Shown piece by piece: positions 1-12,911 of a DNA stretch of 64,000 nt. The stretch comes from Octopus vulgaris (taxonomy: Eukaryota). The stretch lies in contig OX597831.1 in NCBI GenBank assembly GCA_951406725.2, positions 33,542,001-33,606,000 of the forward strand. Reading direction: 5' to 3'. The notes beneath the pieces are model-generated. The model was given only the letters and a program-made list of their open reading frames with translations, was not told the origin of the DNA and made no database searches. A program made the position numbers and the translations under genes. How positions within the stretch are numbered: position 1 is the stretch's first letter; every line of letters begins with the position of its first letter.

Positions 1-279
1 AACTGAAAGAAGCCTGTCGTATATATGTATATATATCTATGTATGTGTGTGTGTGTTTTTATGTCTGTGTTTGTCCCCCTAGCATTGCTTGACAACCGAT
101 GCTGGTGTGTTTACGTCCCCGTCACTTAGCGGTTCGGCAAAAGAGACCAATAGAATAAGTACTGGGCTTACAAAGAATAAGTCCCGGGGTCGATTTGTTC
201 GACTAAAGATGGTGCTCCCGCATGGCCGCAGTCAAATGACTGAAACAAGTAAAAGAGTAAAAGAGCAAGTAAAAGAGTA
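1..279 (+). mobile_element. tRNA-derived SINE family A, 3' half (head outside window)
   Basis: Matches the full copy at 52123-52546 (aactgaaagaagcc-gtcgt, internal TA/TG tract, ...cagtcaaatgactgaaacaagtaaaagag tail repeats). Confidence 0.9.
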
Positions 280-627
280 ATATATACATACAATTAGGTG
301 ATTTGAAGTGGACTTATGAGGTACAAAAGTCATTATTATGAATCATTATAGAGATTCAAAGTCATACCGGTATCGTCAGAAGCTGATCACTGACTTTGAA
401 TGAACACCGATTTCCAAGCGATGTCGGGTCTATAGTACCTGAGTGAAAAGATTACATGCAATGGAGGTAAGCAGTTCTTGATGTGATGCAATTAAGGTAG
501 GTATAAATACTAAAATATGAATGGTGTATGGGATATATGGAGATTATATATGGAGACATCTAGTGTGTAATCTCCTCCTCCTTCTCCTACACCACCCTCA
601 ACGAGTAACACCGACGTCAGCCATCAG

Positions 628-675
<48 letters not shown>

Positions 676-676
676 T

Positions 677-908
677 AAGGCGGCGAGCTGGCAGAAACGT
701 TAGCACGCCGGGCGACCTGCGTAGCCGTATTTCGTCTGTCGTTACGTTCCGAGTTCAAATTCCGCCGAGGTCGACTTTGCCTTTCATCCTTTCGGGGTCG
801 ATAAATTAAGTACCAGTTACGCACTGGGGTCGATGTAATCGACTTAATCCCTTTGTCTGTCCTTGTTTGTCCCCTCTGTGTTTAGCCCCTTGTGGGTAGT
901 ACAGAAAT
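677..908 (+). mobile_element. tRNA-derived SINE family B, full length
   Basis: Head ggcggcgagctggcagaa (A-box-like), gagttcaaattcc (B-box-like), core gtcgactttgcctttcatcctttcggggtcgataa, tail ttgtgggtagta-agaaata; more than 10 homologous copies in window. Confidence 0.9.
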
Positions 909-1189
909 ATATATATATATATATATATACAAGCACACACCATATATATAATGTATATAATATACATGCATATATGATACTATTACAAATTTGGGATTTT
1001 ACTAAATAGAACATCAACTCTTATTTCAGGACAACCTTATTGTATGGAATACGCATAGAAAGTTATATCCAGTAGAATAATATAAGCATTTAAAAAACCT
1101 ACTATAAAATACAATGAAATTATTTGAAAAAGTATATTTGAAAAAATATATATAACTTGTCTGTGAGGAAAGAAGATATTTTTAATCAA

Positions 1190-1259
1190 CGCTACACGTG
1201 TTTCTGCGCTGGTAGGGTATTATACATAATGCATAAATCCACCTGTGCGTCCTCAGGCT
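1190..1259 (-). ncRNA. Degenerate minimal type-I hammerhead ribozyme motif
   Basis: Minus strand: GC CTGAGGA CGCACAGGTGG...CTACCAGCGCA GAAAC ACGT GTA GC; core CUGANGA/GAAA, palindromic stem III, imperfect stem II. Confidence 0.55.
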
Positions 1260-2087
1260 ATTTATCTTTTTGTTATTATTATTAACGGATCAAAGTTAAA
1301 AATACATATTATAAGTCATATTAAATAGAAAAATAAGAATATGAATAAACATATAATAAAAATATATAAATTATAAATATATTTCTAAAATTAAAAAATT
1401 TAAGAAAATTTAAAAAATCAAAAAAATTAAACAACTAAAATTACGTTACCGATATATATAGAAAATGCTAAACCTAAGGACACACTCAGCGACTATATTA
1501 TAAACACATCAAATCCTACAACCTATCTATATAAACATTACGGGAATTCATAAGTTAGTGTAAGATTTACCCCTATCTATACAAGTATAAATTGCCATAT
1601 TTATGTCAAACGTAAGTTAATATTATTTAAAAAGATTATTTAGTAAAAAACAATGTATATGTTATAAATTTATTGAATAAAACTAATAAAAAAAATTAGT
1701 AAAAAAAATTAACAAAAGAATGCTTATCGACATAATGTTTACTCCTCGTTCCTGTGCAAATATATGTATGTATATGTGTGTGTGTATGTGTGTGTGTGTG
1801 TGCGTGTATATACATACATATATACATATACATATGCATACACACACTCATATACATATAAATTTGACATGGCGATTCTTTCTTGTCTTGGGATTCATGG
1901 TCAAACGGCTGGGTGGAATAGCACGAAAAATTACAAAGATGTGTAGAATGATCCGGTGGTGTTGCTGGGCTTTGTATTTTTCATGGCTCCTATGGTTACC
2001 GAGATAATCTACTATAATAATACTCTTCTGGTTATGAATGAGAAAGGAAGGGGGTGATGTCATATTTTTTCATAGCTCCCATGGTTA

Positions 2088-3103
2088 CCGAGGTCTGGTG
2101 AGTATGGCGGATGAGGCAGAGTTTCGTTGCTCAATTCGTTCAACTTCTGCAGGGTCAGTTGTGCGACTTGCGGCCGAGCGTTATCGTGGAGAAGAATTGG
2201 TCCTTTTCTATTGACTAATGCTGGCTGTTTTTGTCGGAGTTTCTTATGCATTTCATCCATTTTCTTACTGTACTTCTCCGCCGTAATGGTATCGCCTGGA
2301 TCCAAAAAGCTGTGATGGATGAGACCGGCCACAGACCACCAACCAGTCACCATGACTTTCTTTTGGTGCAACTTTGGCTTCGGGAAGTGCCGTGGAGCTT
2401 CGTCGGCGTCCAACTACTGAGCTGAGCGTCGCCGGTTGTCGAAAAGAAACCACTTTTCATCGCAAGTCACAATCCGGTCGAGAAACAGGTCGTTCTTGTT
2501 GCATAAAAGAAAGGAAGACGACACTTCAAAACAACGTTTTTTTTTGGTTGTCATTCAATTCGTGCGGCACCCATTTCTCAAGTATTTTTGTTTTTCCAAT
2601 CTCTTCCAAATGGTTGGAAATTGTCGTATACGCCACGTCTAATTCAGAAGCAAGCTCTCAAACAGTTGTGCGTGGATTGGCTTCCACTAAGGCTCTTAGT
2701 TGATCGTTGTCAACATCCGATGCCGACTACTACGCTTATCATCTTCAAGACTCTCGTGACCGCTACGAAATTTCTTGAACCACCATTGGGCTGTACGTTC
2801 ATTAGTGGTTCCTGGGCCAAACGCATCGTTGATATCGCGAGCTGTTTCAGCAGCTTTTCGGCTTAGCATGAACTGGAATAAGAAAAATTGTGCGAATTTA
2901 CTTTCTGTCCATGTTGTATTCAACGTTCCGGGAAAAATGGTCTAATTATTTAAAAAGAAAAAGAGTAACACGATTAGATAGAGCGAAAAACGGGCTTTAA
3001 AATGATATATAAAGTCAAAGTAATTTAACGAAAATAAATTCGAAAATATATAATCTAAAACCAAAATTAAAACTTCCGCAAGAACTTTCTTGACAACCTA
3101 ATA
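2088..3103 (-). mobile_element. mariner (DD34D-type) transposon fossil, frameshifted, 3' end and right TIR missing
   Basis: ORF pieces 2696-2923 (HTH: TAQWWFKKFRSG..LEDD) and 2060-2413 (LHDNARP, PHPPYSPDL); WVPHEL motif at about 2557-2574; mariner-like TIR TA-TTAGGTTGTCAAGAAAGTTCTTGCGG ending at 3103. Confidence 0.9.
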
Positions 3104-3109
3104 TCTTTT

Positions 3110-3292
3110 ATCTTTTACATGCTTGGAGGGTTTTTTAGGCGAACAAATCGACCCCATGACTGTTTTTAAAGCCTGGTATTTATTCTGTCTCTTGCTGGAC
3201 TGCTAAGTTACGGGGATGTAAACATACCAACACCGGTTGTCGAGCGATAGTGAGGGACACAGACCTACAGACACGTGCACACACATACCGCT

Positions 3293-3330
<38 letters not shown>

Positions 3331-3502
3331 GTAGGTATGTATGTATACGACGGCCTTTCAGCTTCCGTCTACTAAATCCACTGACAAGGCTTTGGTCGGC
3401 TCGAGGCTTTAGTAGAAGACACTTGCCCAAGGTGCCATGCAGTGGGACTGAACCCAGATCCATGTGTTTGGGAAGCAAGCTTCTTGCCACGTAGCCACGC
3501 CC
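3110..3502 (-). mobile_element. SINE family A copy
   Basis: Reverse complement of the family A consensus including tRNA-like head and internal CA/TA tract. Confidence 0.85.
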
Positions 3503-4353
3503 TATACATACATACATACATACATACATACATACATACATACATACATACATACATACATACATACATACATACATGCCTTCCGATTAACAGCTACGGT
3601 CTTCGACCGATCGTGGCGGACACCTCATAGGGTTGCTTATTTACAACTCAGTAGTCTACAGCAACGTAAAAATGAAGTCTTTTACTCAAGAGTACAACGC
3701 ATAGTCCCTTCTAGGAAGCGAAACCATGTTCTTATAATCGTGGGTACAACATCCTATCCTCTTGGCAACACACGCTTTTGCGTCTATGCATACATGCATA
3801 CGAACACGCATAGTTTACGTGGACTTATCTGATTCTCCCTTTGAACAATTCTCTCCCTCTCTCCTTTTCTTCCTCTCTACCTACTTCTCTCTAACTGTTT
3901 CTCTGTTTCTCTGGCTTTCACTCTCATCGACTTCCTAACTGACGTTATATGTATGCAATGTTTTATCTGTAGTCCCACGTCACAATCTGATCATTTGAAA
4001 GATTAAGCATATTAAATTATAATCCTTTTCTTTTTCAGCTTGAATAAATATCTATACATATTTACATATGCTTATAAATGCACAGACACCCACACACGCT
4101 CACACCCATATCATATCATATCATATATATATATTATTACATACATACACACACATATGTATGTGTATATATACATATGTGTATATAGGCGTCACACACA
4201 TAAACACACACATGCATATATATATATATAAATTTATATGTATATATATATATATATATATAATATATAAATTATATATATATATATGTTAACAAGGTGA
4301 AAATACACTCATCTATTTATATATATATATGTTAACAAGGTAAAAATACACTC

Positions 4354-4446
<93 letters not shown>

Positions 4447-4477
4447 TTATATATATATGAATTATATATATATGAAT

Positions 4478-4508
<31 letters not shown>

Positions 4509-4676
4509 GTACGTACATACATACACACACGCATGTACACACATACTCTCTGAAAATGCACGAAGCTCGCACATATCTTCAGGGAAACGAAAAAAAATCG
4601 AGGAATGTTCGAAGAACTTGAATCAGTGCTACGTAACCTGATATGATTTTGTGGACTTAACTGATTGAATGAATGA

Positions 4677-4748
4677 ATAATAACGATAATGAAGGTGACG
4701 ACAACGACAACAACAGCAACGACGACGACGACGACAATGATGATGATG

Positions 4749-4821
<73 letters not shown>

Positions 4822-4850
4822 TAATAATAATAATAATAATAATAATGATA

Positions 4851-4936
<86 letters not shown>

Positions 4937-4937
4937 A

Positions 4938-4980
<43 letters not shown>

Positions 4981-4991
4981 TAATAATAATG

Positions 4992-5079
<88 letters not shown>

Positions 5080-5102
5080 TGATAATAATAATAATAATAA
5101 TA
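4677..5102. repeat. (TAA)n/(TGA)n/(CAA)n trinucleotide tract, target site of the Dong element
   Basis: Visible about 420-bp triplet repeat; source of the poly-N/I/L ORFs. Confidence 0.95.
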
Positions 5103-7800
5103 AGAAGAGAAACAAGTTTTACAAGCAAAATAAGTTGTTCACATCCAATGCCAAAAAATTCTATAGAGAAATAGGGAAGGAGAAAGTAACCGTTAAAGAC
5201 CCCCTCCCATGGAAGAAGTTCAAAACTTTTGGAAAAGGATTTGGAGTGACAAGAAGACGTACAACATAAATGCAGACTGGATTATACAAACTGAAGGATC
5301 CTACCAAAATTTACAACAACAAGCATGGGAAGACATCACAATAGCAGACCTAAGAAAGGCACTCACGAAGGCCCATAATTGGAAATCCCCCGGTAAAGAT
5401 AGGGTGCCGAATTTCTGGCTCGCATCGCTCCCATGCGCACACGGTAAGCTAGTTCAGCTGCTTAATGGAATTATGAGAGACCCAAAGAAAACACCTGAAT
5501 GGTTAGCAAGTGGCATTACTTACCTACTCCCAAAGAATAACGAAACCAACCTTCCAAAAAACTATCGGCCTATAACCTGTCTATCAACCACGTATAAAAT
5601 CCTAACATCTATCCTGGCGGAGAAAACATATGCATTCATGGAGAAGAACGATATTTTCCCCATTGAACAAAAAGGGTGCCGCCGAGGCTCTTACGGATGC
5701 AAAGATCAACTGCTAATCAATCGTATGATCCTTGAGAACTGTCACAACAAGCGCAGAAATCTCAGCACCGCATGGATTGATTATAAAAAGGCCTTCGACA
5801 GTATACCGCATCCATGGATCTTGAGATCGCTGGACATCTTCAAAATTTCCCCTGTGATTTCAAACTTCCTGAAGCACAATATGTCGTTGTGGAATACGAA
5901 TCTCCAATTATACCACTCTAATGGAGTACTTGCCTCAGAAAATATAAACATCAACTGTGGAATTTTTCAAGGTGACTCACTTTCACCTTTAATATTCTGC
6001 ATAGCCCTAATACCCCTTACAAGTGAATTAAACAGAACAGGGTATGGGTATAAAATTGCCAATAAAAAAATAAGCCATCTATTTTATATGGATGACTTAA
6101 AACTTTATGGTAAAAACAATAATGAACTTGAAGGCCTATTGCGCACCGTGAAAGCATTCAGCGATGACATCGGGATGGAGTTTGGACTTGAGAAGTGTGC
6201 CAAGGCCACTTTCCAGAAAGGGAAAGTGAAGACCACAAATTCAGTCGTGTTAGATGTTGACACAGTCATAAGAGAGCTTGAGCAAGAACAAACATACAAA
6301 TATTTAGGGATAAATGAAGGCTCTGGTATTCAGCATGCAAGCATGAAAGAGAAGATCAGGAAGGAATGTTATAGGAGAGTTCGTGCAGTCCTGAAATCTG
6401 AACTAAATGCACGTAACAAGGTGTTAGCTATAAATTCCTTAGCAGTTCCAGTTGTTACTTATGGCTACAATGTGTTGAACTGGAATATGAGTGAAGTAAA
6501 GAATATAGATAGAAAAATACGCAAGCTGCTGAGTTGTAATAGGATGCACCACCCAAAGGCAGACGTAGATCGCCTTTACCTTCCCAGAGCCCAAGGAGGT
6601 CGAGGCCTGATCCAATTTGAACTAGCTTACAAAACAACCACAATTGGACTGGCCAAATATCTCGAAATATCGAATGACTGGATGCTAAAGCTCGTGGAAA
6701 ATCACGAGAGACGAAAGAAGCTTCATTCTATCATAAAGGAAAGCAGAAAATTTGCTATTGATCTCGTGCAGGATACCCAAACTGAACAACCCGAGGGAAG
6801 TACGGCAACTATTGTTGCAAAGAAGGTGAAAATGATGGCAATGAAGAAAGCGCACGAGCAATTGGCTGATAGGTGGGAGGAGAAACCTCTGCACGGCAAA
6901 TATGTGACCCGCAGCAAACAAGCTGATGTTGACCAGAAGCAAACCCATCAGTGGCTGCGGAGCTCAGGGCTAAAAGCAGAGAGCGAAGGTTTCATCCTGG
7001 CTGCTCAAGATCAAAGCCTATTAACCCGGAACTACCAGGCCAATGTGATGAAAAATGGAGCAGACCCAAAATGCCGATTCTGCAACGACATGATTGAAAC
7101 AGTGGACCACCTAATCTCTGGATGTAAAGTCTTAGCACCAGTGGAGTATAAATTAAGACATGACAGAGTTGGCCAATATCTCCACTGGCTAATAAGTCGG
7201 CATTACAATATCAAAACTGCCGACAAGTGGTATAATCACCACCCTGAGGCTGTAACTGAAGGAGAAAATGTAACCATTCTGTGGGACTTTCCAGTACATA
7301 CAGACCGAACCATCAAGGCCAATAAACCAGATATTGTTGTGAAAGACCAAAACAATAAAGTTTGCTTATTGATCGACATGAGCATCCCCTGTGATCATAA
7401 TATCTCAGCGAAAGAGTTTGACAAGCTCAGAAAATATAAAGACCTACTCATTGAAATTGAGAAAATGTGGCATCTCAAGGCGGTTACAATACCAGTGATC
7501 GTAGGAGCACTAGGAATGATCAAGAAGGGAACCGAAAATTATATGAGAATGATCCCTGGCTTACCATCCCTGCAAGAAGTGCAAAAGATTGTCTTAACTG
7601 GTACATCACACGTATTGAGAAGAGCATTGTCGATGTGAAAATTGTTGCTGCTCATGTATGTTAATTTAACTTAAAAAAAAAAAAAAAATGAACGAACTAT
7701 TGTGTAATGGCCTACCGATGTATACTATGAGTTTCTTTGCCCTAGGAGTCGGGAAGACACTCGGCAAGAAATGGAAGCAAATTTGAAAGAAGAAAAAAAG
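5103..7800 (+). mobile_element. R4/Dong-clade non-LTR retrotransposon, 5'-truncated, inserted in (TAA)n
   Basis: Starts mid-ORF (KRNKFYKQNKLFTSNAKKFYREIG), apparent 1-nt frameshift near 5200-5208, then intact ORF, about 160-bp 3' UTR, flanked by (TAA)n on both sides; Dong elements are known TAA-repeat targeters. Confidence 0.92.
5209..7638 (+). CDS. Reverse transcriptase + CCHC zinc knuckle + restriction-like endonuclease (R4/Dong ORF, N-terminally truncated)
   Basis: 809 aa uninterrupted: WKSPGKD, NYRPITCL, EQKGC, WIDYKKAFDS, GIFQGDSLSPL, YMDD, CRFC..ETVDHLISGC, RHD, KPDIVV..IDMSIP, K..KY. Confidence 0.93.
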   Translation: MEEVQNFWKRIWSDKKTYNINADWIIQTEGSYQNLQQQAWEDITIADLRKALTKAHNWKSPGKDRVPNFWLASLPCAHGKLVQLLNGIMRDPKKTPEWLASGITYLLPKNNETNLPKNYRPITCLSTTYKILTSILAEKTYAFMEKNDIFPIEQKGCRRGSYGCKDQLLINRMILENCHNKRRNLSTAWIDYKKAFDSIPHPWILRSLDIFKISPVISNFLKHNMSLWNTNLQLYHSNGVLASENININCGIFQGDSLSPLIFCIALIPLTSELNRTGYGYKIANKKISHLFYMDDLKLYGKNNNELEGLLRTVKAFSDDIGMEFGLEKCAKATFQKGKVKTTNSVVLDVDTVIRELEQEQTYKYLGINEGSGIQHASMKEKIRKECYRRVRAVLKSELNARNKVLAINSLAVPVVTYGYNVLNWNMSEVKNIDRKIRKLLSCNRMHHPKADVDRLYLPRAQGGRGLIQFELAYKTTTIGLAKYLEISNDWMLKLVENHERRKKLHSIIKESRKFAIDLVQDTQTEQPEGSTATIVAKKVKMMAMKKAHEQLADRWEEKPLHGKYVTRSKQADVDQKQTHQWLRSSGLKAESEGFILAAQDQSLLTRNYQANVMKNGADPKCRFCNDMIETVDHLISGCKVLAPVEYKLRHDRVGQYLHWLISRHYNIKTADKWYNHHPEAVTEGENVTILWDFPVHTDRTIKANKPDIVVKDQNNKVCLLIDMSIPCDHNISAKEFDKLRKYKDLLIEIEKMWHLKAVTIPVIVGALGMIKKGTENYMRMIPGLPSLQEVQKIVLTGTSHVLRRALSM

Positions 7801-7844
7801 TAATAATAATAATAATAACAATAATAATAATGATAATAATGATG

Positions 7845-7893
<49 letters not shown>

Positions 7894-7913
7894 TAATAAT
7901 AATAATAATAATG

Positions 7914-7974
<61 letters not shown>

Positions 7975-7979
<5 letters not shown>

Positions 7980-8179
7980 TATTCAGACAAATACATAACA
8001 AAAACACCAGGACACATATAACATACAGAAAATTGCACTACTAGGCACTGCACACATCCTACGCAGAACACTTTCCATACAATAACCATCAGAGCCTCAC
8101 AACAAATCACAGCACATACCCAAGGCACACAGAGCTGTGCTCGGTAGTGAAGTGAAAGCACGCTATAAAAATAAAACTA

Positions 8180-8184
<5 letters not shown>
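7975..8184 (+). mobile_element. 3' end of a second, divergent R4/Dong element
   Basis: Encodes ..NIQKIALLGTAHILRRTLSIQ* (homologous to QKIVLTGTSHVLRRALSM*), own 3' UTR, flanked by (TAA)n. Confidence 0.85.
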
Positions 8185-8263
<79 letters not shown>

Positions 8264-8267
8264 AATA

Positions 8268-8494
8268 ATAAATCGTATTAACTGGAACGGCTCATGTACT
8301 GAGAAAAGCATTATCGCTGTGAAAACAACATCCACCCATGAATTTATTTATTTACTAATTTTTTAAAATACATAATTTACCTGTGAATTTGCGTGTTGAA
8401 TCTGGGAATGCATACAATGAGCTTCACTGCCCTAGGTGTATGGAAAACACTCGGCGAGAAACGGAAGAAAATTTGAAGAAAGAAGGAAAAAACA
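8268..8494 (+). mobile_element. 3' end of a third R4/Dong element
   Basis: Encodes KIVLTGTAHVLRKALSL*; 3' UTR with gccctagg...cactcggc...aaatttgaa homologous to 7737-7800; followed by (TAA)n. Confidence 0.85.
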
Positions 8495-8501
8495 TAATAA
8501 C

Positions 8502-8558
<57 letters not shown>

Positions 8559-8664
8559 GTTTTCTTTATTGGCCACAGGGACCGAATACAAAGCAAATAG
8601 GGACAGTCCAGCACAAGGGAAAGTGGGGTTTGGCACAATTAACAACAAAACAACAACAACAATA

Positions 8665-9043
8665 ACCTTTTCTACTATAGGCACAACGCCTGAAAAAAAT
8701 TTTTTTTGGGGGGCGCTAGTCAATATGATCGATCTCAGTGCACAACTGATACTTAATTTATCGACCTCGACAGAACTTGAACTCAGAACGTAGCGACGGA
8801 CGAAATACCTATTTCTTTACTACCCACAAGGAGCTAAACACAGAGGGGGACAAACAAAGACAGACAAACGGATTAAGTCGATTACATCGACCACAGTGCG
8901 TAACTGGTACTTAATTTATTGACCCCGAAAGGATGAAAGGCACAGTCGACCTCGGCGGAATTTGAACTCAGAACGTAACAGCAGACGAAATACCACTAAG
9001 CATTTCGCCCGGTGTGCTAACGTTTCTGCCAGCTCACCGCCTT
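8665..9043 (-). mobile_element. SINE family B composite (core+tail1 followed by partial core+tail2)
   Basis: Reverse complement of family B head at 9043; second partial core at 8750-8810 with the alternative ...caggcgttgtgcctatagtagaaaagg tail. Confidence 0.8.
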
Positions 9044-9059
9044 TGCTATTACTGTCTCC

Positions 9060-9360
9060 TTGAAAACTCGCTATTACTATATCCTTGAAGAGGGTCCCAT
9101 TGGCTGCCAGAGGATGGATCCTGTCTTTTAAGAATTCATGGAACCACTCTCCCAGTTTTCTGACAATGCCGACTCTTCGTAATTTGTAACACATAATACC
9201 GTATCAGAAGCGTTTGCAAAACAAAGATTTATCACATCCATGTTTGAGCGATTTATAATTTGTTTCAACGATTTGTCATAATGATGAAGTTCTGTAAGGC
9301 AGTTTCTTTCAGAACGGAAGCAATGCTGGGTGTCAAGGGAGCAAGTCATTACCTTCTGGG
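9060..9360 (-). pseudogene. Degenerate L2/CR1-group reverse transcriptase fragment
   Basis: [14 protein letters not shown] (QHGF..GRSC), VINLCFANASDTV (D..YLDF.KAFD.V), GIVRKLGEWFHEFLKDR motifs across frameshifts. Confidence 0.7.
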
Positions 9361-9413
9361 AACAATTACATCTCTAACCGGCTGATTGTCGTATATATAT
9401 ATATGTATGTATG

Positions 9414-9480
<67 letters not shown>

Positions 9481-9504
9481 AGTATATATATATATATATA
9501 TATA

Positions 9505-9535
<31 letters not shown>

Positions 9536-9575
9536 CACACATATATACATATATACATATATATATATACCCCTC

Positions 9576-9616
<41 letters not shown>

Positions 9617-10518
9617 GTATATGTATGTATTTATGTACGAATGTGTCTGTGGGTCTGGGTATATGCATACACACATACATATGTATATATATGAATATGA
9701 ATACATACATACATACATACATATACATACACACATACACACACACATGTATAGACGCTTACATACATTAGGGCATATGCATGCGTTTGTAAGTTTTGAA
9801 TCACATAAGAAAACAATAAATAACAAAAAGAATCAGAATAAAGCTAAAAAAAAAAAATCAATAAAACATTACCATTCAGCAACTATATCGAAAATATTCA
9901 ATGACATTATAAATCATATCGTGAAAAATACTTAGAACTGATAGATAAGGTTTAGGTTGTAAATTATTTAAAAAAAAATTAATAATGGAAAGCATAAATC
10001 TTGTTTTTTTTTATGATTACCGAAAGATGGAACACAATTTTGGATAAAACCTTATGTATGTATGTATGTATGTATGTATGTATGTATGTATGTATGTATG
10101 TGTGTATGTATGTGTGTGTACGTACTATGTATGTGTGTGTGTATGTATGTATGTATGTATGTATGTGTGTATGAATGTGTGCATGTATGTATGTATGTGT
10201 GTGTACGTACGTATGTGTGTGTGTATGTATGTATGTATGTATGTATGTATGTGTGTGTGTACGTATGTATGCATGTGTGTGTATGCATGTATGCATATAT
10301 GTATATGTGTATGTATGTGTGTATGTGTGTATGTATGTATATATGTATGTATGTGTGTATATGTGTATGAAGACAGACAGACACAGATATATTAGTGTGT
10401 CTATATCTATATGAATATACACAAATACATATCTATATGCATATATATAAATACATATCTATATGCATATATATAAATACATATATATATACATATAAAT
10501 ATATGCATATATATGTTC

Positions 10519-10581
<63 letters not shown>

Positions 10582-10763
10582 AATATACATATATATATAT
10601 ATATACGCACACATGCATACATACACGTACATACACATACACGCACACACACACACTTACATACATATGAATATATATGTACATGTATGTATATATAAAT
10701 ATATATATATGTATGTGTGTATATATATATGAACATATATATGTTCCCTATATGTACATGTAC

Positions 10764-10858
<95 letters not shown>

Positions 10859-11166
10859 CTATATGCATACATATACATATATATGTGTAATGTATATGTA
10901 TATGTATACACACACACACACATGCAAAAGACATATATATACACACACACATATACACTCATTCACATAGACGCAGCTTCGCACGCTCACGTACACGCAC
11001 ACACACACACATATATGAAATTGTCTTTGTTGAATTTACACACACTACACAATATCAGTCATACACTAGACTTAAGTCAACGTCCTTATACGGGCAGCTG
11101 GCTGTGCACTGGCGCATACCAACACGGAAATTTAGTAAATATAAAATGAAAACACGTAATACACAC

Positions 11167-11251
<85 letters not shown>

Positions 11252-11359
11252 CACACACAAACCGTACAACAGTGTTTCTCGATCCATTCGATTCGTGACC
11301 CACCGGTATTGAAACAAATAATTAATACTCTCCTTCACATGGAAAGATAAGGAAATAAT

Positions 11360-11469
<110 letters not shown>

Positions 11470-11781
11470 CGTTTAGAGTTTAAACGTTCGAGTTTAGAAA
11501 AATAATATTTAGCCAAACACTTGCTTGTCTTGTGAGATTAATCGCATTTGGCAAGAAGAAATTTATGTATGACACCGTTTTTCAGAATCTTGATGTATAA
11601 GTATGAATTTTCTGTAGATAAATTGTAGTTTACAAATGGTGTCGCTATTTTTTAGTAAAGTAGTACCCTTGCAGGTTACTACTTAACTCCTTGCAGGGCT
11701 CTACTGCTCTGCGGTTCACCTTTCTCGAAACATTCGCAGTAGAGAGCTGACGAAGTGGATGTTATGAGAGTGTCTTCTCGT

Positions 11782-11844
<63 letters not shown>

Positions 11845-11928
11845 TGAGAGAGAGAGAGAGAGGAAGAGAATCAATTCTAGTTTTCAGCAGACGTGCTGCT
11901 TGCAGTAGTACTGATATTGATTTCGTAG

Positions 11929-11969
11929 ATGGAAACTGAAAGAAGCCCGTCGTATATGCATATACACAA

Positions 11970-12055
<86 letters not shown>

Positions 12056-12215
12056 AAAATTATAAATGAGAGAAATATACGTTAATAAAATTTATTTTAC
12101 CATTGAAAATTCCTATTTAATGACAATTGTTTCGCAGCTTAATAAAAATGCATAGATTCTTTATTTTATCATATTTCATCAGATGAACCCATATACTGTG
12201 ACTTAAATTTTTATA

Positions 12216-12285
<70 letters not shown>

Positions 12286-12532
12286 ATATATGTATATATA
12301 TGTATATATATGTGTGTGTGTGTTTGTGTGTTATTGTCCCCCACCATCGCTTGACAACCGATGGTGTGTTTTTACGTCCCCATAACTAAGCGGTTCGGCA
12401 GAAGAGATCGATAGAATAAGTACTAGGCTTACAAAGAATAAGTCCTGAGTCGATTTGTTCGACTAAAGGCGGTGCTCCAGCATGGCTGCAGTCAAATGAT
12501 TGAAACAAGTAAAAGAATAAAAGTAAAAGAAT
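11929..12532 (+). mobile_element. SINE family A copy split by an expanded internal microsatellite and a nested insert
   Basis: gatggaaactgaaagaagcccgtcgt at 11928-11953 and family A 3' half at 12325-12532. Confidence 0.8.
12117..12187 (-). ncRNA. Degenerate minimal hammerhead ribozyme motif
   Basis: Minus strand: TTCAT CTGATGA ... GC GAAAC AATT GTC ATTAA; intact core, GUC site, palindromic stem III, stem I 4/5 bp, eroded stem II. Confidence 0.55.
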
Positions 12533-12697
12533 ATAGGTTAACCTATACCTACTGACTGAAAGGGAAGCCACCATTAGCCGTTTCTGAACAAGACAATCAC
12601 ACAACCACTGTTCTAATTGGAATTTTGGTGGCGCACCTAATGGAGCACTCACAACGCATGGTGATGAAATTTCTTCCTATTTCCTCTCTCTCTCGCT

Positions 12698-12780
<83 letters not shown>

Positions 12781-12805
12781 CATACATATACATACATACA
12801 TACGT

Positions 12806-12911
<106 letters not shown>

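Noticed and set aside
4352-5269. Long poly-I, poly-N and poly-L ORFs, and the many YI, CV, HT and LSIY ORFs across the window
   Set aside because: Translations of microsatellites
11698-11760. GAAAC...GTA...CTGACGA suggesting a type II hammerhead
   Set aside because: Stems I and II cannot be paired; only a 9-bp ctctactgc/gcagtagag hairpin is supported
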